Source of the DNA: a virus
Taxonomy: Duplodnaviria; Heunggongvirae; Uroviricota; Caudoviricetes
Strand: one strand, 5' to 3'
IMG/VR virus record: IMGVR_UViG_2778261619_000009
DNA: 23,862 bases
Shown in pieces: positions 15,814 to 23,862 of this stretch (positions are counted from its first letter, which is position 1; each line of letters begins with the position of its first letter). The position numbers and the translations under genes were made by a program. Below the pieces are notes generated by a model. That model had not been told where the DNA came from. It worked only from the letters and a program-made list of their open reading frames with translations, and did not search any database.

Positions 15814-16047
15814 TTAATGCAGCCAGCTGTCGTCTTCCCACACCTTCTGCATAATTTTCATCACTTGTTTTCTTTCTTCGTCCTGTTGCAGCCCGGTCAG
15901 TTCCACACCGTTAGAGCTACCTTTGCGGATACGAATTACCGTTTTGGGATACAGGGGGCGCAGATTGCGGTAAAGCTCGGATTCAAGGGCGTCCAGGGTA
16001 GACTGGCTAATCTTCTGCTCTTTATCGATCATTATTTCAATGCGCAT
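15814..16047 (-). CDS. dinI: DinI-family protein (DNA-damage-inducible protein I-like)
   Basis: Track ORF 15814..16119 trimmed to ATG 16047 (MRIEIMIDKEQ...DALESELYRNL...VWEDDSWL), 77 aa, GAGGTG SD; closely resembles E. coli DinI (MRIEVTIAK...DALAGEL...). Confidence 0.8.
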   Translation of the reverse strand: MRIEIMIDKEQKISQSTLDALESELYRNLRPLYPKTVIRIRKGSSNGVELTGLQQDEERKQVMKIMQKVWEDDSWLH

Positions 16048-16057
16048 AAAAGTCACC

Positions 16058-16246
16058 TCAGCTGATGACATCCATTGAGCGGTTGTATTCGTGGCTTCTG
16101 ATTTTTGCCATGAGTTCATCAGTCAATTCAGAAACCCACTGCAGAGCCAGCCCCTTCTCTTCATCACTACACTCACTAGCCGCTACAAGCTTAAGAAAAA
16201 AATCAATGCGCTGGAGCTTCAAAGACTCCAAAAAAAAGTCCTGCAT
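16058..16246 (-). CDS. Small SOS-regulated protein (62 aa), first gene after the LexA box; possible Tum-like antirepressor fragment
   Basis: ATG at 16246 with perfect AGGAGG SD; track ORF 16058..16348 is a 5' extension that would run through the LexA box. Function inferred only from position. Confidence 0.5.
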   Translation of the reverse strand: MQDFFLESLKLQRIDFFLKLVAASECSDEEKGLALQWVSELTDELMAKIRSHEYNRSMDVIS

Positions 16247-16287
16247 CTTTCCTCCTATGACACCACAAGCAATACTGTATACATAAC

Positions 16288-16307
16288 CACTGTTTATAAT
16301 TACAGTA
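16288..16307. promoter_or_regulatory. LexA operator (SOS box) overlapping the promoter of the small-ORF/DinI-like operon
   Basis: cactgtttataattacagta = CTGT-N8-ACAG with AT-rich spacer, ~40 bp upstream of the small ORF; -35-like TTTACA (minus strand, 16325..16330) and a TATACT -10-like hexamer overlap the box. Confidence 0.7.
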
Positions 16308-16399
16308 TATAATAATCTTACTGATGTAAAACGTTTTTTTACGTTCATCAGCCTAATATGCCTGGTATTATTAAGAGCACGAATTGTTAACCTGCGTAA

Positions 16400-18814
16400 T
16401 CAATACAGGTTCCGCCACTTATCATCTTCCTGCAAACGCTGGTTCCGATAGAAGATACGCAGGCCTGCTCCTGACGGAATACTGCCGCCGCGAATGAGTA
16501 AATCGACCTCTTTCTCGCTGCCATCAAATCCTCTGGACTTCAGTTCATAGACGAGCTGCTGTCGTTGATGGTCAGTAATTCGCTGTTTGTAGTCTCTACG
16601 CCGTTTCGGTTTCACCAGGCGTAACCTTGCAGCCAGTTCCCGGCGCTCTTTTTTGTTCATACTGTGCAGGTAATCGTGCAACTCCTTGTCATCCATGCGG
16701 GTGATATCCGTTCTGGTATCCCCATCAGCTGATTTGTCTTTCCCTTGTTGGTACAAATTTTCAGCAAGGGGACAGTTATTGCCACGAGTCCAAGGGGCGC
16801 AAGCGCCCTGGTCGGCTGCCGCCTCCTGAACGTCAACGGCCTTACGAACCATTTTCCACTTCACGGCATGAGTGCAGATCTTGCCCTCTGCAATAGGTGA
16901 CCAGATGCCATAAATACGAATGCCGTGATCGCCATAGGCGGTCGGCTCTTCGTTGATTTCATAAGCAGTTCTGATGAGGTGATATTTGCGGGGAACCAGT
17001 ACGCCACCCTGCTTCATGATGTAGGTGGCAAAACAACCAGCATCAGCAGCAGCCAGAATGGCATCAAGGCGCGGGTTATCCAGTACCGGCGCACCTGCTT
17101 TTTTGTCCCCCTGTTGCCTTGCCGCCTGACCAGCCAGCAATCGCAGTTCACGGTAAGCCTGACGCCCCGGAATGCCAAAGAAGCGGAATTGCTGAACACG
17201 ATGCAGAGACGCCCAGGCATTAACGTATTCAGCATTATCACGCAGGGATTTCCCCGTTTCCTTGCTGATCTCGCCAGCCAGACCACGACCGTCAATGTTC
17301 TTACTGATATATTTCGCGATGTAGCTTGTCGGCGTTCCTTTGCGCGGGTTAATCAACTCAGACTTAAAGCGCGGCCCAGTGTTATTGCCCAGCTCCTCGC
17401 GGTCTTCACGGATGGCAAACTTACGCAGTAATGCAGTAATGGCACGGCGGTCTTTTTTGCGCATGAAACACAACAGGTGCCAGTGAACTGTGCCGTCATG
17501 ATGCGGCTCAGCCACCCGCACGCCATACCAGCGCAACCCGGCTTTGTGCATCGCCTTACGAAATGCAGCAAACATGCCGACCAGATAATCGCTGCTTTGT
17601 CTTACCGTCGCGTTTGTCCAGGTCGGGTTTGGTCTGCCGTTATTTAGCGTGGAATGGAAACGCGACGGACAGGTGATAGTGTAGAAAACGGCGCAGTCAC
17701 CGCGCATTTCCGCGATAAGCTCCAGACCTTTAACACAGGCCATCATCTCATTGCGGCGATGCGCAGGGTTGCTGCTGCTGGCGTTTACCACATCCTCCAT
17801 GTCCAGCGTGTCGCCGTCTTCGTTCACCAGTTCATGAGAACGGAAAAACTCCAGCGACTTACGGCGCTGCTCACGTTTATGCATCACGGCTTCATAGCTG
17901 ACATAGGGAGATGCTTTTTTGCTGACCAGACAGACAGCACGTAACTGCTCTTCCCGCCATTCGCAACGCATCTTCCATAATTTCCGATACCACCAGTCGG
18001 CGCACAGCATACGCGCCAGCGAACCCGGAATGAGTTCATAGGGCACAGGTTTGCGGCGGTTTCTTTTCCGGCGGAGTTGCTCAAACGCAGGCGGTATGAC
18101 ATCCAGTCGCAGGGTTTCTGCTGCCACCTTTTCCCATGTCTTGCGGATTTCTTCCGGCTTAACATCATCGGAGGCGTACAAATCACCACAAGCGGCATCA
18201 AGACACATGCTCATATGCGCAGCGACAAGGGTGGACAGGCGTTTCACCTGATCCTGACTCATTTCAGGCAGGATCAGCAGACCGTCCAGCCCTTCATGGC
18301 TTGCCATAAAACGAAAAGATGCAGATAGCTGGCTGTCGCGTACATGCTCCAGTCGTTCCAGGCATGGCTTAATCGTCTCACGCAAATAGCGGGAATAAGC
18401 CTTTGGCCTGCCCAGGTTGCTGAAGTATTTAATACGTTGCATCAGCGGCTTGCTGATATGGGAAGGCTGGGCGTTGACATCCGCCAGAATGACCATGTCC
18501 GGATTAAAACGCTGCTGCTCATGCGCCAGCTTTGCCCGGCTAATTAGCTTATCCTGCTCCATTTCGCGCTGGACAGGATCACGGGATTCATTAAAGAAAT
18601 AACGCTCCCAGACCTGATCACTCAGTGCCTCGCGGCGCAGTTGTTCCTGCTCGTTATCGGCAGCGTACAAAGTGATCAGGTTTGAAAGCGCAGAAACCGG
18701 CGCAACTTCCGCCGGGTCCAGATAAGGGTTAATGGCCTTTTTCGGGCTGTTCCATGAGAATGCTGCGGCAGCCTCGTTAAAGCCGCAGCAGTTGTTCATA
18801 TCGGCATGACTCAT
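16400..18814 (-). CDS. A: Replication initiation endonuclease, rolling-circle type (P2 gpA-like)
   Basis: 804-aa ORF, ATG at 18814 (ATGA overlap with dam stop); histidine motif GTVHWHLL and tyrosine active-site pair in [11 protein letters not shown], typical of P2 A-family initiators. Confidence 0.9.
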   Translation of the reverse strand: MSHADMNNCCGFNEAAAAFSWNSPKKAINPYLDPAEVAPVSALSNLITLYAADNEQEQLRREALSDQVWERYFFNESRDPVQREMEQDKLISRAKLAHEQQRFNPDMVILADVNAQPSHISKPLMQRIKYFSNLGRPKAYSRYLRETIKPCLERLEHVRDSQLSASFRFMASHEGLDGLLILPEMSQDQVKRLSTLVAAHMSMCLDAACGDLYASDDVKPEEIRKTWEKVAAETLRLDVIPPAFEQLRRKRNRRKPVPYELIPGSLARMLCADWWYRKLWKMRCEWREEQLRAVCLVSKKASPYVSYEAVMHKREQRRKSLEFFRSHELVNEDGDTLDMEDVVNASSSNPAHRRNEMMACVKGLELIAEMRGDCAVFYTITCPSRFHSTLNNGRPNPTWTNATVRQSSDYLVGMFAAFRKAMHKAGLRWYGVRVAEPHHDGTVHWHLLCFMRKKDRRAITALLRKFAIREDREELGNNTGPRFKSELINPRKGTPTSYIAKYISKNIDGRGLAGEISKETGKSLRDNAEYVNAWASLHRVQQFRFFGIPGRQAYRELRLLAGQAARQQGDKKAGAPVLDNPRLDAILAAADAGCFATYIMKQGGVLVPRKYHLIRTAYEINEEPTAYGDHGIRIYGIWSPIAEGKICTHAVKWKMVRKAVDVQEAAADQGACAPWTRGNNCPLAENLYQQGKDKSADGDTRTDITRMDDKELHDYLHSMNKKERRELAARLRLVKPKRRRDYKQRITDHQRQQLVYELKSRGFDGSEKEVDLLIRGGSIPSGAGLRIFYRNQRLQEDDKWRNLY

Positions 18815-19668
18815 GCACGTACTCCGTACACGGCAGAACTGTCCACGCCACGCGAATAATCAAACCCCACCCAGCAGCACGGCCCGGAAACAGCAATGAT
18901 TTCTGTTGCTGATTTACCCTCGCCAGCTGCCACACCGATGCTGCGTTTTGCTTTGATGTAGTGGTGGGTGAAATTGCGATACAACGAACGGATCAGGGAT
19001 GTGTCACTGTTAGAAACAATGACCGGATGTCCTTCTGATGACCGATGTTCAAGAACGGATGCCAGGTGATACTGGTCATCTTCAGTGAAACCATCAGTGT
19101 GATAGCCGGAAAACGTACCGTCATACGGCGGATCGCAATACACCACATCCCCCGCCTTCAACATCGCCAGCGTTTCATCAAAGCTGGCGCAGATAAACGT
19201 TGCTCGCTGGGCTTTTTCTGCAAATGCGCGAATTTCTTTTTCAGGGAAATACGGATTTTTATAATTACCGTAGGGAATATTGAAATGCCTGCTCTTGTTA
19301 TAGCGACATAAACCACGGTAACCGTGACGATTGAGATACAGGAAATATACCGCTTTCATGAAATCAGTAATTTCAGTTGAGTAATTAAACTCCTGCCTTA
19401 TGTTGTAATAAGCCACCTCCCTGTTTGCTTCCTCAAATAAAGCTCTGGCGCGAGATATAAACGATTCACAATCAGCAGCAACCTTTTTATAGAGGTTGAT
19501 TAAATCAGGATTAATATCCGCAACCAGATAGCTGGGGTACTCCGTCTCCATCATCACTGCACAGGAACCCGCGAAAGGTTCAACCAGTCGCGGGCCAGCA
19601 GGAAGATGCTTTTTCAGTTCGGACATAATGGCGGTTTTATTTCCCGCCCATTTCAGGATGGTGCTCAT
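18811..19668 (-). CDS. dam: DNA adenine methyltransferase (Dam-like, N6-adenine)
   Basis: Track ORF trimmed to ATG 19668 ([11 protein letters not shown]..., GGAGGTG SD, ATGA overlap with upstream gene); FAGSCAV SAM-binding motif and catalytic DPPY ([10 protein letters not shown]); collinear with E. coli Dam. Confidence 0.85.
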   Translation of the reverse strand: MSTILKWAGNKTAIMSELKKHLPAGPRLVEPFAGSCAVMMETEYPSYLVADINPDLINLYKKVAADCESFISRARALFEEANREVAYYNIRQEFNYSTEITDFMKAVYFLYLNRHGYRGLCRYNKSRHFNIPYGNYKNPYFPEKEIRAFAEKAQRATFICASFDETLAMLKAGDVVYCDPPYDGTFSGYHTDGFTEDDQYHLASVLEHRSSEGHPVIVSNSDTSLIRSLYRNFTHHYIKAKRSIGVAAGEGKSATEIIAVSGPCCWVGFDYSRGVDSSAVYGVRA

Positions 19669-19892
19669 ACAGCACCTCCGTTGTAATGTTTGCCTTTCAG
19701 CTCTGCGATTTCCTGACAGGTAATGCAAAGCTGCACACCCGGAATGGCGCGGCGGCGTGCTGGCGGAATTGGCGCTTCACACTCAATGCAAAGCACGCGG
19801 GACACGCCCGGCGTTTTGGCACGGGCAGAACGGATATGGCGCTGGCGTTCTTCTTCAACGCGCTGCTGTACGAGATCCATTGCATCAGCCAT
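19665..19892 (-). CDS. DksA/TraR-family C4 zinc-finger protein
   Basis: 75-aa ORF with CIEC...(17)...CITC zinc-ribbon spacing typical of TraR/DksA C-terminal fingers. Confidence 0.7.
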   Translation of the reverse strand: MADAMDLVQQRVEEERQRHIRSARAKTPGVSRVLCIECEAPIPPARRRAIPGVQLCITCQEIAELKGKHYNGGAV

Positions 19893-20125
19893 TAGTGGAT
19901 CTCCTGCGCTTCGTTCTGGATTGCTTCAGCTGCCACACGCAGCAGTTCAGCCGCTTCAACGTGGTTTAGCTGGCGGGATGTGATATGGCACGCAAGGCTA
20001 TCAAGGCGAGCTGCCATTGCTTCAGCTCTTGCCCGGCGTTCTTCCAGACGAGCCTCTGTCAGTAAAATATTAAGTCCTGCGTCATCCGGTCCGGTTTTAG
20101 TCGAGAGGGTTTCAATATTACGCAT
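19892..20125 (-). CDS. Hypothetical early protein (77 aa)
   Basis: Track ORF starts at TTG 20131; trimmed to ATG 20125 preceded by AGGAGA (spacing 7); helical, charged composition. Confidence 0.5.
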   Translation of the reverse strand: MRNIETLSTKTGPDDAGLNILLTEARLEERRARAEAMAARLDSLACHITSRQLNHVEAAELLRVAAEAIQNEAQEIH

Positions 20126-20192
20126 AATCAATTCTCCTGAATTTAGATAAAGGAATGCCCGGCGGGTTTACGCCATGAATTTCATTAATTGG

Positions 20193-20534
20193 TTAATTCG
20201 GCAGGGCTAGCCGTCTGGGAAATAAGCTCACCACTGCACGAAGATGATTCATTACTTTAATCAACTCCCGCTTTTCGTCAGTGGTCAGCTCATTAATGCT
20301 GATGCTATGACGTTCAGCTGGAATTTTTGCTATAAAGAATATAGCAGCCAGTGCTCGTTTATTTCGTTCATAATTAACATCCCGTGGATCACGTATATCT
20401 TTAATAAACCGCTCAAGCTCTGACTCAATATTCAGGCCAAATACTTTCGCCCTTAATTCCGCAATATGATTAAGTCCATTCAGGCGTTCACCTGGGCTTA
20501 ATGGAACAGTCGCCGCAGCGCCATTAATTGCCAT
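20193..20534 (-). CDS. Hypothetical early protein (113 aa)
   Basis: ATG at 20534 with GGGGGA SD; in the early operon between cII and A. Confidence 0.5.
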   Translation of the reverse strand: MAINGAAATVPLSPGERLNGLNHIAELRAKVFGLNIESELERFIKDIRDPRDVNYERNKRALAAIFFIAKIPAERHSISINELTTDEKRELIKVMNHLRAVVSLFPRRLALPN

Positions 20535-20556
20535 ACTTCATATCCCCCAAACGCAC

Positions 20557-20781
20557 CTATCGTTCTTTGTTCTTACGGTAACGCTCAAGGGGAGATACAT
20601 TTTTTCGTACCGTCTCTTTAACCTGCTCTCCCCGTAAAAACGTCCCATCCTTTAGCGTGAAAAAGTAACTGCCATCGCCCGACAACGACGGATAACAACA
20701 GAGCAAATCATCTTCAGGTACTGAATAACTCTCCCCTCTGTAACAAAACTGATAAACCACTTCACTTTCCGCTGCATACAT
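20557..20781 (-). CDS. Hypothetical early protein (74 aa)
   Basis: ATG at 20781; acidic, globular-looking sequence; overlaps the 3' part of ORF 20652..20948 in another frame. Confidence 0.45.
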   Translation of the reverse strand: MYAAESEVVYQFCYRGESYSVPEDDLLCCYPSLSGDGSYFFTLKDGTFLRGEQVKETVRKNVSPLERYRKNKER

Positions 20782-20948
20782 TTTGACTTTCTCCGTTTCC
20801 TCGTGGTCAATTCAGACAGCAATTCATCTTGTGAATGACATGGATGCCAGCGTTTTCCATCCTCACCCATGATCCAGCCGTGACCGTAGTGCATTGCCGG
20901 GCTTTGCTTTACCAGCAGCGATGCAAATGATGGTTCTTTCGTCAGCAT
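20652..20948 (-). CDS. Hypothetical early protein (98 aa) or frameshifted fragment
   Basis: Internal ATG at 20948 with GAGGTG SD just after the cII stop; the first ~56 codons look protein-like, the C-terminal 42 codons (Cys/Arg-rich) overlap ORF 20557..20781 and look out-of-frame. Confidence 0.3.
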   Translation of the reverse strand: MLTKEPSFASLLVKQSPAMHYGHGWIMGEDGKRWHPCHSQDELLSELTTRKRRKSKCMQRKVKWFISFVTEGRVIQYLKMICSVVIRRCRAMAVTFSR

Positions 20949-20955
20949 AAGCACC

Positions 20956-21465
20956 TCACAGCAAACCGAATGAAGCACCGAGGCCGGTCACGGTATCAAC
21001 TGCACTCGCCATCGCAGGGTTAGCCTGTAAACGGGCCTGCAATGAAACAGCAGCCAACGCCATCAGTCGTGTTACAGAGTTAATGCTGCTGATAGCATCA
21101 CGACGACCTGCACTGGTTTTTACATCGCCAGATACCGCACCTGCAGCAACACGCCCGATCTCTGCGGTTGCACTCATGACGTAATGTGGCAGTTTCTCTT
21201 TTGCCACCTCATTAATCGGTACACATGGCAGACAATGAATCTGTGCCAGAAAACCATCTACCAGCGTTGAATCTTCAGTCAGATCGGTAAGCAGCCAGAT
21301 TTCTGGTGCGGTTAATAGATGAGGCTGAGCTGGGTTCAGCTTGTTCCGCAGAATCTGCACATTCATGCCTGCACGTTCTGCCAGTTGCACCAGATTGTGG
21401 CGCAGTGCAAATGCACGACAGGCTTCATCAAAATGTGGATGTTTGGAAACTTGGTAATCAAACAT
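20956..21465 (-). CDS. cII: CII-like lysogeny-establishment regulator (phage 186 CII-type)
   Basis: Track ORF starts at TTG 21471; ATG 21465 gives 169 aa beginning [24 protein letters not shown]...[14 protein letters not shown], closely matching my recollection of 186 CII (169 aa). Confidence 0.8.
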   Translation of the reverse strand: MFDYQVSKHPHFDEACRAFALRHNLVQLAERAGMNVQILRNKLNPAQPHLLTAPEIWLLTDLTEDSTLVDGFLAQIHCLPCVPINEVAKEKLPHYVMSATAEIGRVAAGAVSGDVKTSAGRRDAISSINSVTRLMALAAVSLQARLQANPAMASAVDTVTGLGASFGLL

Positions 21466-21497
21466 GGTCAATGCCTCTGATGTATTTCAGAATCGAA

Positions 21498-21719
21498 CTA
21501 ATTAAGGTTTAGATTGCATTCTGAAAGCGCATCAACGGTCATGGCTGCTATGTTGATCATCACTTTTTCGCGTTTTTTATCTTTGCGCAAACGGTGACGG
21601 ATAAGGCGTCCGTCAGCCAACATGTCATTGATGGTATCGATGGACAGCCCTGTCAGCTCGCTATAGCGCTCAATAGTCACATGAGGCGTGGTAAGAGTGA
21701 TTGAAATGTTAGGTCTCAT
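21498..21719 (-). CDS. apl: Apl/Cox-type excisionase and transcriptional regulator
   Basis: 73-aa ORF, first gene of the leftward early operon, divergent from cI; HTH-like [18 protein letters not shown]. Confidence 0.7.
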   Translation of the reverse strand: MRPNISITLTTPHVTIERYSELTGLSIDTINDMLADGRLIRHRLRKDKKREKVMINIAAMTVDALSECNLNLN

Positions 21720-21844
21720 GATGCAACATTCCTCGTTTAATGATGATTAATCAGGACGAATACGGATCGTTTGTATTTTGTGAACACCATAAACATACGA
21801 TCGTACAATGAAATCGTCAAGATAAAAGTTCACTTGGAGTGACC
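21720..21844. promoter_or_regulatory. Lysis-lysogeny switch region (face-to-face promoters and operators) between apl and cI
   Basis: Intergenic region between divergent apl and cI; two copies of an ATACG(G)ATCGT-containing palindromic motif (21759..21777, and 21794..21810 with perfect TACGATCGTA); TACAAT -10-like hexamer at 21803..21808. Confidence 0.5.
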
Positions 21845-22414
21845 ATGAATTTGGAGAAAGGCGGACGAGGCGCTATAGAGCGCATGGTAGAAGCTTATGG
21901 ATTCAAAACTCGACAGGCGTTGTGCGATCATTTAGGAATCTCTAAAAGTACACTCGCCACACGCTACATGCGTGACTCATTCCCAGCAGAATGGGTAATC
22001 CAGTGCGCCCTTGAAACGGGCACCTCGCTTAATTGGCTCACAACCGGACATGGTTCAAAGCAAACTTCAGGTAATACAAATACTATGGAAGTTGCTAAAT
22101 ATGTATTATCTGATGGTGCCTTGCGTGAAGACGGTTTTTATATTTTTGATAAGGGATTTCTACCCTCTACGTTTAAAAAACCTTTTGTCATCACAGATAA
22201 CAATTCTGAATTTATTTGTGATAAAGAATTTGATGATATACGTGATGGTAAATGGGTAATAAGTATTGATGGCGAAGTAACGATCCGTGACATTACTCGT
22301 TTACCCGGTGGAAGAATCTTCGTCGAGGGTGGAAACAGAGCCTTCGAATGTAAGATAGAAGACATTGAAATAATTGGTAAAATTATAAGTTTAACAGTCA
22401 AGTATGTTAAATAG
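21845..22414 (+). CDS. cI: CI-type immunity repressor (phage 186 CI-like)
   Basis: Track ORF starts at GTG 21839; ATG 21845 with GGAG SD gives 189 aa; N-terminal HTH (RQALCDHLGISKSTLATRY) and separate C-terminal domain; 186 CI is ~192 aa. Confidence 0.75.
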   Translation: MNLEKGGRGAIERMVEAYGFKTRQALCDHLGISKSTLATRYMRDSFPAEWVIQCALETGTSLNWLTTGHGSKQTSGNTNTMEVAKYVLSDGALREDGFYIFDKGFLPSTFKKPFVITDNNSEFICDKEFDDIRDGKWVISIDGEVTIRDITRLPGGRIFVEGGNRAFECKIEDIEIIGKIISLTVKYVK

Positions 22415-22429
22415 TACCGGGAGGAAACT

Positions 22430-22621
22430 ATGCTTGGTAAGGTATTTTTTGTGGTTTTGTCATGTTCTTTGTTATTAAACCCACTAACTACCTATGCTAG
22501 AAATTATCCCTGCTCAGGGAAAAAGGGAGGTGTTTCTCACTGTACCTCAGATGGCAAATTCGTTTGCAATGATGGAACTATTAGTAAATCCAAAAAAATC
22601 TGTACTAAAAACTCACGATAA
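22430..22621 (+). CDS. Small secreted cysteine-containing protein (63-aa precursor), AT-rich moron
   Basis: GGAGG SD 5 nt before ATG; N-terminal signal-peptide-like segment ([23 protein letters not shown]) followed by a ~40-aa Lys-rich peptide with four cysteines; very AT-rich relative to neighbours. Confidence 0.55.
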   Translation: MLGKVFFVVLSCSLLLNPLTTYARNYPCSGKKGGVSHCTSDGKFVCNDGTISKSKKICTKNSR

Positions 22622-22809
22622 CTTTTGCTTTTATATCTGCGTCTAAAATAAAAATGAGCCGCAGGTTAACCGCAAAAGTTACATGCTCACATAGCAAAAA
22701 GAATAGCCAACTTCATTATGGCTTCAGTGAGATGTATGGTCGTAGGATTTCATACATTGACACTGGTTATACATACAGTAAAAATGCTCTCTACTGGAGG
22801 GCATTTTTT

Positions 22810-23862
22810 ATGGCAGTACGAAAACTCACCACAGGGAAATGGCTTTGCGAATGTTACCCCGCCGGACGAAGTGGGCGTCGTGTGCGTAAACAATTCGCCA
22901 CCAAAGGCGAAGCTCTGGCTTTTGAGCGTCACACTATGGAAGAAACCGAATCAAAGCCATGGCTGGGCGAATCAGTGGATCGTCGAACCCTGAAAGACGT
23001 GGTTGAGCTATGGTTCAAACTACATGGTAAATCTCTGACTGCTGGGCAGCATGTCTATGACAAATTGCTGCTGATGGTTGACGCTCTGGGCAATCCTCTT
23101 GCAACCGATCTCACCTCTAAAATGTTTGCCCACTATCGAGATAAACGCCTGACAGGCGAGATCTACTTCAGCGAGAAATGGAAGAAAGGAGCAAGCCCGG
23201 TCACCATTAACCTGGAGCAAAGCTATCTAAGTAGTGTTTTTAGCGAACTATCCCGTCTGGGCGAATGGTCGTATCCGAACCCACTGGAGAACATGCGAAA
23301 ATTCACCATCGCAGAAAAAGAGATGGCATGGCTTACCCATGAGCAGATTGTTGAATTACTGGCTGATTGCAAACGTCAGGACCCAATTCTAGCACTGGTA
23401 GTTAAGATATGCTTAAGCACAGGCGCACGCTGGCGAGAAGCCGTAAATCTTACTCGTTCACAGGTGACCAAATACCGAATTACCTTTGTAAGAACGAAGG
23501 GGAAGAAAAACAGAAGTATCCCTATCAGTAAAGAGCTTTACGAAGAGATCATGGCGCTTGATGGGTTCAATTTCTTCACAGACTGCTATTTTCAATTTTT
23601 ATCCGTGATGGAAAAAACGTCTATCGTGCTCCCTCGCGGTCAACTCACACACGTTCTGCGCCATACGTTTGCGGCGCACTTCATGATGTCGGGTGGAAAC
23701 ATTCTGGCCTTACAAAAAATTCTCGGACACCACGATATAAAAATGACTATGCGTTACGCACATCTGGCACCGGATCATCTGGAAACGGCGCTCCGTTTCA
23801 ATCCTCTGGCAACGCTGCCAAGTGGCGACAAAGTGGCGGCAGCGGTTGGCATTACCCCGTAA
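22810..23862 (+). CDS. int: Tyrosine integrase (P2/186-type)
   Basis: Track ORF 22654..23862 trimmed to ATG 22810 (MAVRKLTTGKW..., GGAGGG SD); C-terminal catalytic signature ...HVLRHTFAAHF...LGHHDIKMTMRYAHL; stop codon is the last triplet of the window. Confidence 0.9.
   Translation: MAVRKLTTGKWLCECYPAGRSGRRVRKQFATKGEALAFERHTMEETESKPWLGESVDRRTLKDVVELWFKLHGKSLTAGQHVYDKLLLMVDALGNPLATDLTSKMFAHYRDKRLTGEIYFSEKWKKGASPVTINLEQSYLSSVFSELSRLGEWSYPNPLENMRKFTIAEKEMAWLTHEQIVELLADCKRQDPILALVVKICLSTGARWREAVNLTRSQVTKYRITFVRTKGKKNRSIPISKELYEEIMALDGFNFFTDCYFQFLSVMEKTSIVLPRGQLTHVLRHTFAAHFMMSGGNILALQKILGHHDIKMTMRYAHLAPDHLETALRFNPLATLPSGDKVAAAVGITP

Noticed and set aside
16247-16348. Longer 96-aa version of the small SOS ORF
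   Set aside because: Would read through the LexA box and promoter hexamers; the internal ATG at 16246 has a perfect AGGAGG SD.
16925-18602. Several plus-strand ORFs (for example 16925..17431, 17654..17944, 18077..18328, 18344..18547)
   Set aside because: All antisense within replication gene A, which is one uninterrupted 804-codon frame with the characteristic active-site motifs.
22654-22809. 5' extension of the integrase ORF (track start at 22654)
   Set aside because: The extension has no SD, whereas ATG 22810 is preceded by GGAGGG and yields a protein of the expected integrase size; the extension is likely untranslated leader.
1-23862. CRISPR arrays, tRNA/rRNA genes, insertion sequences, attachment site
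   Set aside because: No regularly spaced direct repeats, no tRNA-like cloverleaf regions or rRNA-like conservation, and no transposase-like ORFs or terminal inverted repeats were seen. The int gene ends at the window edge, so attL/attR must lie outside the window.

Overview
This window is most of a P2/186-like (peduovirus-type) temperate prophage of an enterobacterial host, running from the tail-fibre gene H (partial, at the window start) to the integrase (stop codon at the window end). All calls rest on reading the six-frame translations and the DNA by eye, and on recalled family signatures; no database search was run. On the minus strand lie the late tail, lysis and head genes H-I-J-W-V-S-R-lysC-lysB-lysA-K-Y-X-L-M-N-O. 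Diverging from these on the plus strand is the packaging operon P-(extra gene)-Q. The right half holds a 186-type early region: integrase, CI repressor, Apl, CII, several small ORFs, a TraR-type zinc finger, Dam methylase and the rolling-circle replication gene A, followed by a LexA-controlled small-ORF/DinI-like operon and a cos-like site. Three things stand out. (1) A ~2.4 kb AT-rich three-gene operon (13140-15455, minus strand) sits in the known variable A-cos-Q slot of P2-like phages and has no signature I can assign; it is the best candidate for an undescribed accessory, probably anti-phage, system. (2) An extra gene between terminase P and portal Q encodes a truncated, motif-degenerate paralogue of the terminase ATPase domain, translationally coupled on both sides. 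(3) A small AT-rich gene between cI and int encodes a signal-peptide-bearing cysteine-containing peptide. The ORF track accepts GTG/TTG starts, so several starts were moved to internal ATGs that have Shine-Dalgarno (SD) sequences. No tRNA or CRISPR array was seen, and the att site lies outside the window.
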